Shown piece by piece: positions 8,819-17,476 of a stretch of 64,000 nt of DNA (the stretch's first letter is position 1; each line of letters begins with the position of its first letter). Location: positions 29,169-93,168 of the forward strand of contig CACWHC010000003.1 of NCBI GenBank assembly GCA_902760645.1, read 5' to 3'. This DNA comes from an uncultured bacterium. Lineage in GTDB: Bacteria; Cyanobacteriota; Vampirovibrionia; Gastranaerophilales; Gastranaerophilaceae. Made by a program: the position numbers and the translations under genes. The notes under the pieces are model-generated. The model was not told where the DNA came from. It ran no database searches and saw nothing but the letters and a program-made list of their open reading frames with translations.

Positions 8819-9787
8819 ATGGGATTACTTCATGAATTGGCTGTAGAAAGTTTTGGTATTGGGGGACGACAAATGCTAAAAAGATTTGTTGGATTGAATC
8901 CACGACCAAAAGAATATAAAGAATATAAAAAAATAATACAGGATTTTAAAAAAAATATTAATACCACATCATGTACGAAAATAGATATTATCAAAACATA
9001 TGAAGAAGTTGCAGCAGCCCATGGGTTCAAACGTGAAACTTTGGAAACATTGCAAACTGTTGAATTTATGAATCAATTTTATAGGATGCTAATTTCAAAG
9101 GGTTATACAAAGCCTAAGGCACTCGTGTTTTTTGAATATAGAATTCCAAGTGGTTCGGGTTTAGCAGGTGAGAATTTTAACGGTTCAATAATATTTAATC
9201 CCCGTTGTATAAAAAATATAGATTTTAGAGTACCTATACATGAACAAGGTCATTTAATGCATAAAAAATTAGGGTTTTTGGCATTTAATTATGATTATTA
9301 TAAACAACAAATAGGTAAACTTTTTCACAAGCTAGGATTATTTAAAAATAGGACATTTAATCATTTAAATAAAAAGGAACAAGAAATTTTGGCTAAGGAT
9401 TTACAACGGGCCTGGAATGAAGGTTATTTTACACATAATCCAGTAAAAGGGAGTATAGAAGAAGCTCTATCCTTGTGTAAAACAGATTCTGAAAAAGTAA
9501 AATTAAAAAGTCAATTGAATAGACTATATAGAGAATTTAGAAAAAACCCTGTAAAATTTTATATGCCAAACATGCTTTTTAACAGAATGGAGTTTGTTGC
9601 CGACTACTTCCATTTAGCAGCAAGAGGGTTTAAATTTTCACCTGAGATTAAAGCAAAGTATATAGAATTTGGTGGACCAGAAATAAAAGGGGTTATTACT
9701 AAAGATGATCTAAATAAAATTGAAGAATTACGAAAATTAATTTCTAAAAAAACACTGGCAGATTACGGTTATACGATGGAAGTGTAG
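8819..9787 (+). CDS. hypothetical protein with an HExxH (zinc metallopeptidase-like) motif
   Basis: 322-aa ORF inside the tRNA-Phe islet. VPIHEQGHLMHKK contains HExxH. No other domain recognised. The SD is weak (aggaaa). Confidence 0.5.
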   Translation: MGLLHELAVESFGIGGRQMLKRFVGLNPRPKEYKEYKKIIQDFKKNINTTSCTKIDIIKTYEEVAAAHGFKRETLETLQTVEFMNQFYRMLISKGYTKPKALVFFEYRIPSGSGLAGENFNGSIIFNPRCIKNIDFRVPIHEQGHLMHKKLGFLAFNYDYYKQQIGKLFHKLGLFKNRTFNHLNKKEQEILAKDLQRAWNEGYFTHNPVKGSIEEALSLCKTDSEKVKLKSQLNRLYREFRKNPVKFYMPNMLFNRMEFVADYFHLAARGFKFSPEIKAKYIEFGGPEIKGVITKDDLNKIEELRKLISKKTLADYGYTMEV

Positions 9788-9923
9788 ATTGTATATTGTG
9801 GAAAAAACAACGTAATATTCAAACAGACGAAATCGGACTTTAATTTCTCTAACAATATTTCGACGTTAATTAATAGGGTAGACCTCAGTTTACCAATATT
9901 ATTGGGAAGTAGCCGACCGGTGT

Positions 9924-9952
9924 GAGTAAATAATGAGTAAATATGAGTAAAT
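9924..9952. repeat. three phased 8-mers (iteron-like)
   Basis: GAGTAAAT aat GAGTAAAT at GAGTAAAT. Copies start at 9924, 9935 and 9945, giving spacings of 11 and 10 nt, about one helical turn. Confidence 0.7.
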
Positions 9953-10069
9953 CGGTTTTTTGGTATAGTTACACTTCCGACCGCTCAAACCCCTATAAAC
10001 AGGCTATTTTTTAAAAAGTAGCAAACTAAACGCCAAGAGAGAACTACTCGACATAATACAGCCGCGTCT

Positions 10070-10129
10070 CACTCTGCCGCAGCAAAACGATTAAGTATCG
10101 TTTTGCGAGAGGGTTCTGCTTAACAGAAC
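10070..10129. repeat. structured repeat, copy C (hairpin 1 plus hairpin 2)
   Basis: The 43-nt unit is 42/43 identical to copy B. Hairpin 2 is GTTCTGcttaaCAGAAC. It is immediately preceded by gccgcgtctc (10061-10070), which is identical to tRNA-Phe positions 10202-10211. Confidence 0.8.
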
Positions 10130-10181
10130 ATCCGAGATAAGGCTCACTTTTGCTATTTTCAACACTTTCAAATAGTAATTA

Positions 10182-10204
10182 TTTTTGCACAAAAAAGTGG
10201 TGCC
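10182..10204. repeat. tRNA-Phe 3' end plus flank, partner of the copy at 8519-8539
   Basis: tttttgcacaaaaaagtggtgcc. It overlaps the last 7 nt of the tRNA gene. Confidence 0.55.
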
Positions 10205-10273
10205 GCGTCTCGGAATCGAACCAAGGACACAGGGATTTTCAGTCCCTTGCTCTACCAACTGAGCTAACGCGGC
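10198..10273 (-). tRNA. tRNA-Phe (GAA), CCA encoded
   Basis: The reverse complement GCCGCGTTAGCTCAGTTGGTAGAGCAAGGGACTGAAAATCCCTGTGTCCTTGGTTCGATTCCGAGACGCGGCACCA folds as a canonical cloverleaf. Acceptor stem is GCCGCGT/ACGCGGC, anticodon loop is CTGAAAA, T-loop is TTCGATT. Confidence 0.95.
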
Positions 10274-10320
10274 ACGCACTATAGAATTTTTGTGTGGCAT
10301 ATACATTTGCCACGTTTTTA

Positions 10321-10348
10321 ATAATACTTGCTAAATATGGAAAGTCAA
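10321..10348 (-). promoter_or_regulatory. possible promoter of tRNA-Phe
   Basis: On the minus strand: TTGACT (10348-10343), 16-nt spacer, TATTAT (10326-10321). It is followed by a short leader with hairpin gtggca/tgccac. Confidence 0.35.
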
Positions 10349-10370
10349 GAATTATTTTTACTTTAGGCTA

Positions 10371-10814
10371 CTAGCCCAAACCGCTGTTAGGCGGAATTTT
10401 AGGCATGAAATTTTCCACAGCCAGTTTTATACCTTTACAAAATCCGCTGAAAAATTTATTAGCAGATTTACCAAGAGCATAACCTACCAAACCCATGCCT
10501 ATAACAGGATTTGTAAAAGAAAATATACCGCAACCTAAAAACGGCAATACATCTTTACCTCTGACTCTTGTATTTAAAGCGGCGGATGCCGCTTTAATAA
10601 AGAATGCAGGTGCCAAACCGTAACTTTGTTCAACTGCGTATTTTTCACCTTTATTCCAACCTCTTATGGCATTACCGGAATAGTAATTATATGTTTCTTT
10701 CAAATCTCTTTTTACTGAATTTCTGACAGGAGCAAACCTGCGTTTTAAAAATGGGGTAATTTTTATTTCCATGACATTACTTTCATTGTAAACTGTTTTA
10801 ATTATAGATATCAT
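10371..10814 (-). CDS. small hypothetical protein, Gly-rich hydrophobic C-terminal half
   Basis: 147-aa ORF. The start is uncertain; ATG 10772 (MEIKITPF...) is an alternative. No domain recognised. Confidence 0.45.
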   Translation of the reverse strand: MISIIKTVYNESNVMEIKITPFLKRRFAPVRNSVKRDLKETYNYYSGNAIRGWNKGEKYAVEQSYGLAPAFFIKAASAALNTRVRGKDVLPFLGCGIFSFTNPVIGMGLVGYALGKSANKFFSGFCKGIKLAVENFMPKIPPNSGLG

Positions 10815-10888
10815 AAAACAAACAAAAAAAATTTACGTTGACTTGGATAATTATTTTAAATATATTTAAATATAAACAGAGGGATATT

Positions 10889-12118
10889 ATGAATAGCACA
10901 GAGATAATTAAAAAAGCCGAAAACGATGTACAGGAACAGTTTAAAATAATTGACGAAATAAGAGATTACAATCAGGAAAAAGTATTAAATGCCTTTATAG
11001 AAAACAGAGTAGCACCCGAACATTTTTATACGGTTTCAGGTTATGGGCATGATGATTTGGGAAAAGAAGTACTTGATAAGGTATTTGCAGACGTATTTAA
11101 AACAGAAAAGGCACTTGTAAGAATACATTTTGCATCTGGCACGCACACGTTAGCGTGTGCATTGTTCGGGAATCTTAAATACGGAGATAAATTAATTTCT
11201 GTTGCCGGAGAGCCTTATGACACGATGCAGGAAGTTATCGGGACTATGGGAGATGAAGAAACCAAAAGAAGCTCTCTTATCGGGAACGGTGTTAAATATG
11301 AAGAAATACCGCTTATTGAAGATACTTATATAGATTTACACGCACTTGAAAACAAAGTAGATAAAGATACAACAATGGTGCTTATTCAACGTTCTAAAGG
11401 CTATTCAACAAGAAAATCACTTACGATAGACACCATAGAAGAAATTTGCAATATAGTTAAATCCAAAAATCCAAACTGTATCTGCTTTGTAGATAACTGT
11501 TACGGTGAATTTGTGGACAAAAAAGAGCCGACAGAAGTAGGTGCAGATATAATGGCAGGCTCATTAATAAAAAACGCAGGCGGAGGAATTGTAGAAGCAG
11601 GCGGCTACATTGCAGGCAAAGAAATTTATGTGGAACGTGCCGCAACAAGGCTAACTGCTCCCGGAATAGGCTCGGAGGGTGGTGCAATGTTTAATCAGCA
11701 CAGACTGATATTCCAGGGATTTTTTATGGCGCCTTCAGTTGTCGCAGAAGCAGTAAAGGGTGCAATACTTGCCTCAAAAATATTTGATGAAATCGGATAT
11801 GATTCTTCTCCAAAATATTGGGAAAAAAGGACTGACATTATCCAAAACATAACATTTGGTTCACCTGAACCTTTAGAACAATTTTGCAGAACAATCCAGT
11901 CATTATCCCCTGTAAACGGATATGTAACCCCTGTTCCCGAGTACATACCGGGTTATGAAGATAAAGTAATTATGGCCGGCGGAACATTCATTGAAGGCTC
12001 TACTATTGAATTATCGGCTGACGGCCCGATGAGAGAACCTTATGTAGCTTACATGCAGGGCGGATTAAATTACGCACATGTAAAAATTGCACTGAAAAAG
12101 ATTTTAGAAAAACTGTAA
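10889..12118 (+). CDS. YnbB / aluminium-resistance-type PLP-dependent enzyme (methionine gamma-lyase family)
   Basis: Start at ATG 10889 after SD agaggga. RVAPEHFYTVSGYGHDDLGKEVLDKVFADVFKTEKALVRIHFASGTHTLA is typical of this family. Confidence 0.8.
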   Translation: MNSTEIIKKAENDVQEQFKIIDEIRDYNQEKVLNAFIENRVAPEHFYTVSGYGHDDLGKEVLDKVFADVFKTEKALVRIHFASGTHTLACALFGNLKYGDKLISVAGEPYDTMQEVIGTMGDEETKRSSLIGNGVKYEEIPLIEDTYIDLHALENKVDKDTTMVLIQRSKGYSTRKSLTIDTIEEICNIVKSKNPNCICFVDNCYGEFVDKKEPTEVGADIMAGSLIKNAGGGIVEAGGYIAGKEIYVERAATRLTAPGIGSEGGAMFNQHRLIFQGFFMAPSVVAEAVKGAILASKIFDEIGYDSSPKYWEKRTDIIQNITFGSPEPLEQFCRTIQSLSPVNGYVTPVPEYIPGYEDKVIMAGGTFIEGSTIELSADGPMREPYVAYMQGGLNYAHVKIALKKILEKL

Positions 12119-12179
12119 TTTGTACACTATATGTTGGTTTTAAATATAATATTAACTTTTGTAAATCCGCAAATAGCCA

Positions 12180-12211
12180 TATATAACTAATTCTGTAGAA
12201 TTAGTTATATA
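12180..12211. repeat. perfect 14-bp inverted repeat with a 4-nt spacer
   Basis: tatataactaattc tgta gaattagttatata. It lies between the YnbB-like gene and glgP, and there is no T-run on either side. Confidence 0.7.
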
Positions 12212-12316
12212 AAACACAGCCAACACTTTATATGCGAAACAATTTATGTTATAATATTGTTGCCCCAAAATGGCGGTAGTGTTACTAAAAACAACAAGAA
12301 GAAAGGGTTTATAAAT

Positions 12317-14008
12317 ATGTCATTACCAAATGTTGCATATTTCTCAATGGAAATTGCTATAGATCAGTCTCTAAAAACATATTCAGGAGGTTTAGGATTT
12401 TTGGCAGGTTCACACATGCTATCAGCCGGTTATTTACAAATGCCAATGGTAGGTGTAACTATGCTGTGGTCATACGGTTATTATGATCAACGAATTGCAA
12501 ATGACGGTCAAGTTGAAGTTGCATATATTAGAAAATACTATGATTTTTTGGTAGATCCACACTTGTCAACAGAAGTAGATATATTTGGAGAAAAAGTTAA
12601 AGTTAAGGCTTTATTAGTAAAACCGGAATTGTTCGGTACATGTCCTGTATATCTGTTGACAACCGATATAGACGGAAACAGTGATTGGGCAAAAAGTATT
12701 TCTCACAAACTATATGACGGCAACGAAAAGATAAGAATTGCACAGGAAACGGTACTTGGTGTTGCAGGTGTAAGAATTTTGCAGGCAGCTGATTACAAAT
12801 TTGACGTTATTCACATGAACGAAGGTCATGCACTTCCTGCTGCGTTTGAACTATTAAGACAATATAACGGTGATTTGGAAGAAGTAAAACGTCATACCGT
12901 ATTTACTACACACACCCCTGTTGCTGCAGGTAATGAAGTACACTGGGTTGATACTTTGTTAGAAGGCGGATTCTTCGCAGGTGCAAGCCGTGAAACAGCC
13001 GTTTCATTAGGCGGAGAAAACTTCTCTCTTACAGTTGCGGCATTGAGAATGAGCAGGCTTGCGAATGCCGTTTCTCAATTACACGGACTTGTATCCAATA
13101 ATATGTGGGAATGGGTTGAAGGCAGATGCCCAATCAGAGCGATTACTAATGCGGTAAATCTTCACTACTGGCAAGATGAAAGAATTATGTTTGCAAAAAC
13201 ACCGCAAGAATTGCTTGATGTTAAACGTCAGATGAAAATTGAATTATTTGAGTACGTTGCAAATGTAGCAGGTAAGAGATTTAATCCGGACGTATTAACA
13301 ATAACCTGGGCAAGAAGATTTGCAGACTATAAACGTGCATGGTTAATCTTGATGGATAAAGAAAGAATTACTAAATTACTTGACGAAGATAAAGTACAAA
13401 TTATTTTTGCAGGTAAATTCCATCCGGATGATGTTATGGGTAAAGAAATGTTTAATAAATTATTGAATCGTTCTCATAGCATGCATAACGTAGTAGTTCT
13501 TCCGGGGTACGAACTACAATTATCAGGTATGCTGAAACGTGGTTCAGATATATGGTTAAATACACCGTTAAGACCTTTTGAAGCTTCAGGTACTTCCGGT
13601 ATGTCAGCTAACATGAACGGTACACTTCACTTGTCTATCTATGACGGTTGGACAGTAGAAGGGACATTCCATGGCATAAACGGATACACCGTTGAATATC
13701 CTGAACTCGATACCGAAATGCCTTGGGAAGACCGCCATTGGAAAGACCATGAGTGTGTTATGAATATAATTGAAAAAGAAATTATCCCAACATACTATGA
13801 TAACAAGGAAGAATGGGCAAGGTTAATGCGTCAGGCTATCAGAACATCTGAAGCATACTTCAATTCAGACCGTATGGTAATTGAATATTACAACAGATTA
13901 TATAAGCCAATCGCACACAATGATTCAACTGCAGGTGAAGAAAGAAAAGAATTAAAAATTTCAGAAGCACCTACATTTGATGCATGGAATTTCGCAAATA
14001 TCAAATAA
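12317..14008 (+). CDS. glgP: alpha-glucan (glycogen/maltodextrin) phosphorylase, short GT35 type
   Basis: Start at ATG 12317 (MSLPNVAYFSMEIAIDQSLKTYSGGLGFLAGSHM...). The N-terminal block is characteristic of the alpha-glucan phosphorylase family. EASGTSGMSANMNG holds the PLP-region motif. Confidence 0.88.
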   Translation: MSLPNVAYFSMEIAIDQSLKTYSGGLGFLAGSHMLSAGYLQMPMVGVTMLWSYGYYDQRIANDGQVEVAYIRKYYDFLVDPHLSTEVDIFGEKVKVKALLVKPELFGTCPVYLLTTDIDGNSDWAKSISHKLYDGNEKIRIAQETVLGVAGVRILQAADYKFDVIHMNEGHALPAAFELLRQYNGDLEEVKRHTVFTTHTPVAAGNEVHWVDTLLEGGFFAGASRETAVSLGGENFSLTVAALRMSRLANAVSQLHGLVSNNMWEWVEGRCPIRAITNAVNLHYWQDERIMFAKTPQELLDVKRQMKIELFEYVANVAGKRFNPDVLTITWARRFADYKRAWLILMDKERITKLLDEDKVQIIFAGKFHPDDVMGKEMFNKLLNRSHSMHNVVVLPGYELQLSGMLKRGSDIWLNTPLRPFEASGTSGMSANMNGTLHLSIYDGWTVEGTFHGINGYTVEYPELDTEMPWEDRHWKDHECVMNIIEKEIIPTYYDNKEEWARLMRQAIRTSEAYFNSDRMVIEYYNRLYKPIAHNDSTAGEERKELKISEAPTFDAWNFANIK

Positions 14009-14030
14009 AATTTGCTTAAAACAGACTTAT

Positions 14031-14067
14031 AAATGCAGCGTTAAAATTCTACCGCTGCATTTGTTTT
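14031..14067. terminator. hairpin terminator between convergent genes
   Basis: aaatgcagcg / cgctgcattt stem with a 12-nt loop, followed by gtttt. Confidence 0.55.
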
Positions 14068-14870
14068 AATCTATCAAGCGAACCTTTGAAAATTTCACCA
14101 TTTAATTTTATGTATTTTTCCAGCACCTCAAGCACTTTTTCTGGTTTAATTTCAACATCTTTTTCATAATTGGGATTAAAGGAATTCATACCCATTCTCT
14201 TATAAAGCGGTAAATTATTGTATCCCCGCCCCATAAACATACCCACATTTTCCGCAGTAGCATCTAATCTTGGTACAAAACCCTGCCTTAAACAATCTTC
14301 AACAACAGTCTGTATCAAAATTTTTTCAGTATTTCTGTATCTTTTACGACCCAAAATATTAGTCAAAAATTCTATATATACTTCATTTCCGGATTTTACC
14401 AGTACATTAACATATCCTAACTGTTTACCCTTATTTTTCAGAACATAGAAAAGCTCCTGATGCGATTTATCGCCATATTCCCAACGCCCCAAATCAATTT
14501 TATCAATATCTGCGGTTATGAGCTTTTTATCACGGGTCTTGACTTTGACAGAAGCAATTCTTTTAACGGAATGAATAAGATTATCAAAAATTCCTGCAGG
14601 AATTACATCCGCACAATGGATTCTGTTCCCGTAAACAATATCCCAAAAATTCACTCCGAATGCTTTCATATAACGCTTAACCTGCTTGGCAGTTTCAATA
14701 AATCCTTTACATTCATAATCATCTGCAGACTGAGATTTTTTTAAAGAAGATATATCCAGATAATCTCCGGTTTGATAAGATTTTTTATGAGAATGAATAA
14801 CAGGGTTGATAACACCTTTTATCCGGTTTCCTACAGATTTATATGACTTTTCAAAAAACAAAATATTCAT
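14049..14870 (-). CDS. hypothetical protein, possible GNAT-like acetyltransferase fold
   Basis: 273-aa ORF. QLGYVNVLVKSGNEVYIEFLTNILGRKRYRNTEKILIQTVVEDCLRQGF resembles the GNAT beta4-alpha3 region. This assignment is weak. Confidence 0.45.
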   Translation of the reverse strand: MNILFFEKSYKSVGNRIKGVINPVIHSHKKSYQTGDYLDISSLKKSQSADDYECKGFIETAKQVKRYMKAFGVNFWDIVYGNRIHCADVIPAGIFDNLIHSVKRIASVKVKTRDKKLITADIDKIDLGRWEYGDKSHQELFYVLKNKGKQLGYVNVLVKSGNEVYIEFLTNILGRKRYRNTEKILIQTVVEDCLRQGFVPRLDATAENVGMFMGRGYNNLPLYKRMGMNSFNPNYEKDVEIKPEKVLEVLEKYIKLNGEIFKGSLDRLKQMQR

Positions 14871-14999
14871 ACAAAATAACCTTCCATATTAATAAAGTAA
14901 ATTATTTTATGATAATTGATATATCGCACGCCAAATAAATCGGTTATTAATAAATCTTTACGATAGAATGAATAATGCTAAATATGCTAAAATTAGAAT

Positions 15000-17384
15000 A
15001 TGATTGATAATTTAGAACAATTGCGTGCTGCAATTGAAGTTGAGCGAAAATATAAATTTATAGACATACAAGGTAAAAACTACTCTTTTTCATCATTTAT
15101 CAGAAAATTAGCGAGAAAAGAGTACAAAACATCGGGCAAAAAACCAAAGTGGGCGGTACTGCTCGAAACCTTTGAGCATTACCCCATGGCATCAAGTTTG
15201 GAAAGAAAAAGAGCAATAGACCTGCTTATAAAAGTAGTTAAATCGGAACTAGAGGTTTCCAAAAACGAAGATATAAAAAAAACAAATACCTCAAAAAGAC
15301 AAAACCCTACAGAAGTCGATGTAACTTATGTTAAAGGAGTTGGACCCAAAATAGCATATATGCTGAATAAACTTGGCATATACACAGCAAATGATTTGAT
15401 ATGCTATTTCCCGAGAAAACATGTCGATTACTCATCAAGAACACTAATCGGCAACTTAAAAGAGGGGGAAACAACGACCGTATTCGGCTACATTCATAAT
15501 GTATCAATATACAATTCCTCAAAAGGTTTGTCAATCACGAAAGTAATAATAAGAGATGAAAGCGGAAAACTCGAATTAACGTTTTTTAATGCAAAAGCAA
15601 ACAAGTACGTTCAGGAAAGAATGCGGTCACAGTTTCCGAAAGATGCAGGGATAATGCTGTCAGGCACAGTAAAAAGGGATAGTTACACAAATAAACTTAC
15701 CTTTGATAAACCATCCTATTCAATTATGACGGGAGAGTTTTTGACCGAAGATAAATCTAATCTAAATATTGCAAGAATTGTACCGATTTATACCGTATGC
15801 GAAAATTTGAATATAAAAGTTTTAAGAAAAGCAATTTTTAACGCAATTACATTGTATCAGGACAGTATACAAAATATAATTCCGAGAGAAATCAAAGAAC
15901 GACTGGGATTAATGGATAAAAAAGAAGCAGTCATGCAAATACATTTTCCCGAAACAATGGAGAAATTGGAACAAGCAAAGTTTTCTTTGATATTTGAAGA
16001 ACTGTTTCTGCTGCAGTTAAAAATGGTCAGACTAAGAGAAGAAAACACCAAAGAAAAAGCAATAAGCCTTAAAATCAATAATAACGGCATAGTAAGACAA
16101 TTCATAAAATCACTTCCATTTGAATTAACAGGCGGACAAAAAAAGGCTGTCAATGAAATATTACACGATTTAAATTCGGATAAACCGATGGCAAGACTTT
16201 TACAAGGCGACGTAGGAAGCGGGAAAACCGTAGTTGCCTGTATTATGTTACTGGCTGCAGTAGAAAACGGTTATCAGGGTGCTATTATGGCACCTACGGA
16301 AATACTCGCACAACAACATTACAACAATCTTGTTCAGTGGTTAACTCCACTTGGGCTGAGTACAGGACTGTTTTTAGGTTCTCAGCGTAAATCCGTGCGG
16401 GAAAAATTCCAAACGAATTTAAGAAATGGGCAAATGGACATTGCCGTTGGGACTCACGCACTTATACAGGACGGAATAGAATTTAATAATTTGGGTGCAA
16501 TTATAGTCGATGAACAGCACAGATTTGGAGTTAAACAAAGAAACTTGCTGAAGAAAAAAGCAGTAAGCCCTCAAATGCTAACAATGACTGCCACCCCAAT
16601 TCCAAGAACCTTGGCAATGACCGTACACGGCGACCTTGATTTAACAATCATAGATGAACTGCCAAAGGGAAGACTTCCTATAAAAACAGCATTAACCTCC
16701 TCTCACAGAACTGTATACAAACTTATAGAAGATGAAATACAAAAGGGCCATCAGGCATATGTTGTATATCCTCTTATTGATGAAAGCGAAACTTTATCGG
16801 CAAAAGCCGCAACCGTTGAAGCGGAAAAATTAAAAACAGAAATATTCCCTCAATATAAAATCGGTTTACTTCACGGGAAACTTAAGAATAATGAAAAAGA
16901 AGAAGTAATGAATGATTTTAAAAATAAAAAATATGACATACTTGTATCCACAACAGTAGTAGAAGTAGGTGTTGACGTCCCGAATGCAACCGTAATTGTA
17001 ATTGAAAATGCTGAACGGTTTGGATTATCTCAACTACATCAATTAAGAGGACGTGTAGGCAGAAGCGACAAGCAATCTTACTGCATATTGGTATCATCAT
17101 CAAAAAGTCAGGAAACAAGGGAACGACTTGAAATTATGACACAGACAAATGACGGATTTATTATTGCTGAAAAAGACTTACAACTGAGAGGTCCCGGAGA
17201 ATTTTTAGGAACAAGACAAAGCGGATTACCTGATTTGATAATTTCAGATATAGTTAAAGATGCAAAAATATTGGAACTTGCAAGAATTGAAGCAATAGAT
17301 TTTGTTAAAAATCATAACTTAAAAGATTACCCTCTTCTTGAGAAAGTTACATCCCTGCAGATGTTTGGCGGTTTAAATATATAA
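15000..17384 (+). CDS. recG: ATP-dependent DNA helicase RecG
   Basis: FELTGGQKKAVNEI, Walker A GDVGSGKT, DEQHRFGV, and QLHQLRGRVGR at the C-terminal end. The N-terminal part holds VKGVGPKIAYMLNKLGIYTANDLICYFPRKH. Confidence 0.93.
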   Translation: MIDNLEQLRAAIEVERKYKFIDIQGKNYSFSSFIRKLARKEYKTSGKKPKWAVLLETFEHYPMASSLERKRAIDLLIKVVKSELEVSKNEDIKKTNTSKRQNPTEVDVTYVKGVGPKIAYMLNKLGIYTANDLICYFPRKHVDYSSRTLIGNLKEGETTTVFGYIHNVSIYNSSKGLSITKVIIRDESGKLELTFFNAKANKYVQERMRSQFPKDAGIMLSGTVKRDSYTNKLTFDKPSYSIMTGEFLTEDKSNLNIARIVPIYTVCENLNIKVLRKAIFNAITLYQDSIQNIIPREIKERLGLMDKKEAVMQIHFPETMEKLEQAKFSLIFEELFLLQLKMVRLREENTKEKAISLKINNNGIVRQFIKSLPFELTGGQKKAVNEILHDLNSDKPMARLLQGDVGSGKTVVACIMLLAAVENGYQGAIMAPTEILAQQHYNNLVQWLTPLGLSTGLFLGSQRKSVREKFQTNLRNGQMDIAVGTHALIQDGIEFNNLGAIIVDEQHRFGVKQRNLLKKKAVSPQMLTMTATPIPRTLAMTVHGDLDLTIIDELPKGRLPIKTALTSSHRTVYKLIEDEIQKGHQAYVVYPLIDESETLSAKAATVEAEKLKTEIFPQYKIGLLHGKLKNNEKEEVMNDFKNKKYDILVSTTVVEVGVDVPNATVIVIENAERFGLSQLHQLRGRVGRSDKQSYCILVSSSKSQETRERLEIMTQTNDGFIIAEKDLQLRGPGEFLGTRQSGLPDLIISDIVKDAKILELARIEAIDFVKNHNLKDYPLLEKVTSLQMFGGLNI

Positions 17385-17476
17385 TATTAAGAAGTATTAA
17401 GATAAAATATAATAAAAAAGCAATTATTTATAGAATATGTACTTAATATATATAAGAGACAGAGAAAGGAAAAACT

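Larger units (their letters stand above)
8519..10204. mobile_element. candidate degenerate integrated islet at the tRNA-Phe 3' end (no integrase present)
   Basis: Bounded by the imperfect direct repeat of the tRNA 3' end and flank. Contains one HExxH ORF, iteron-like 8-mers and three structured repeats. No recombinase ORF is present. Confidence 0.35.
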
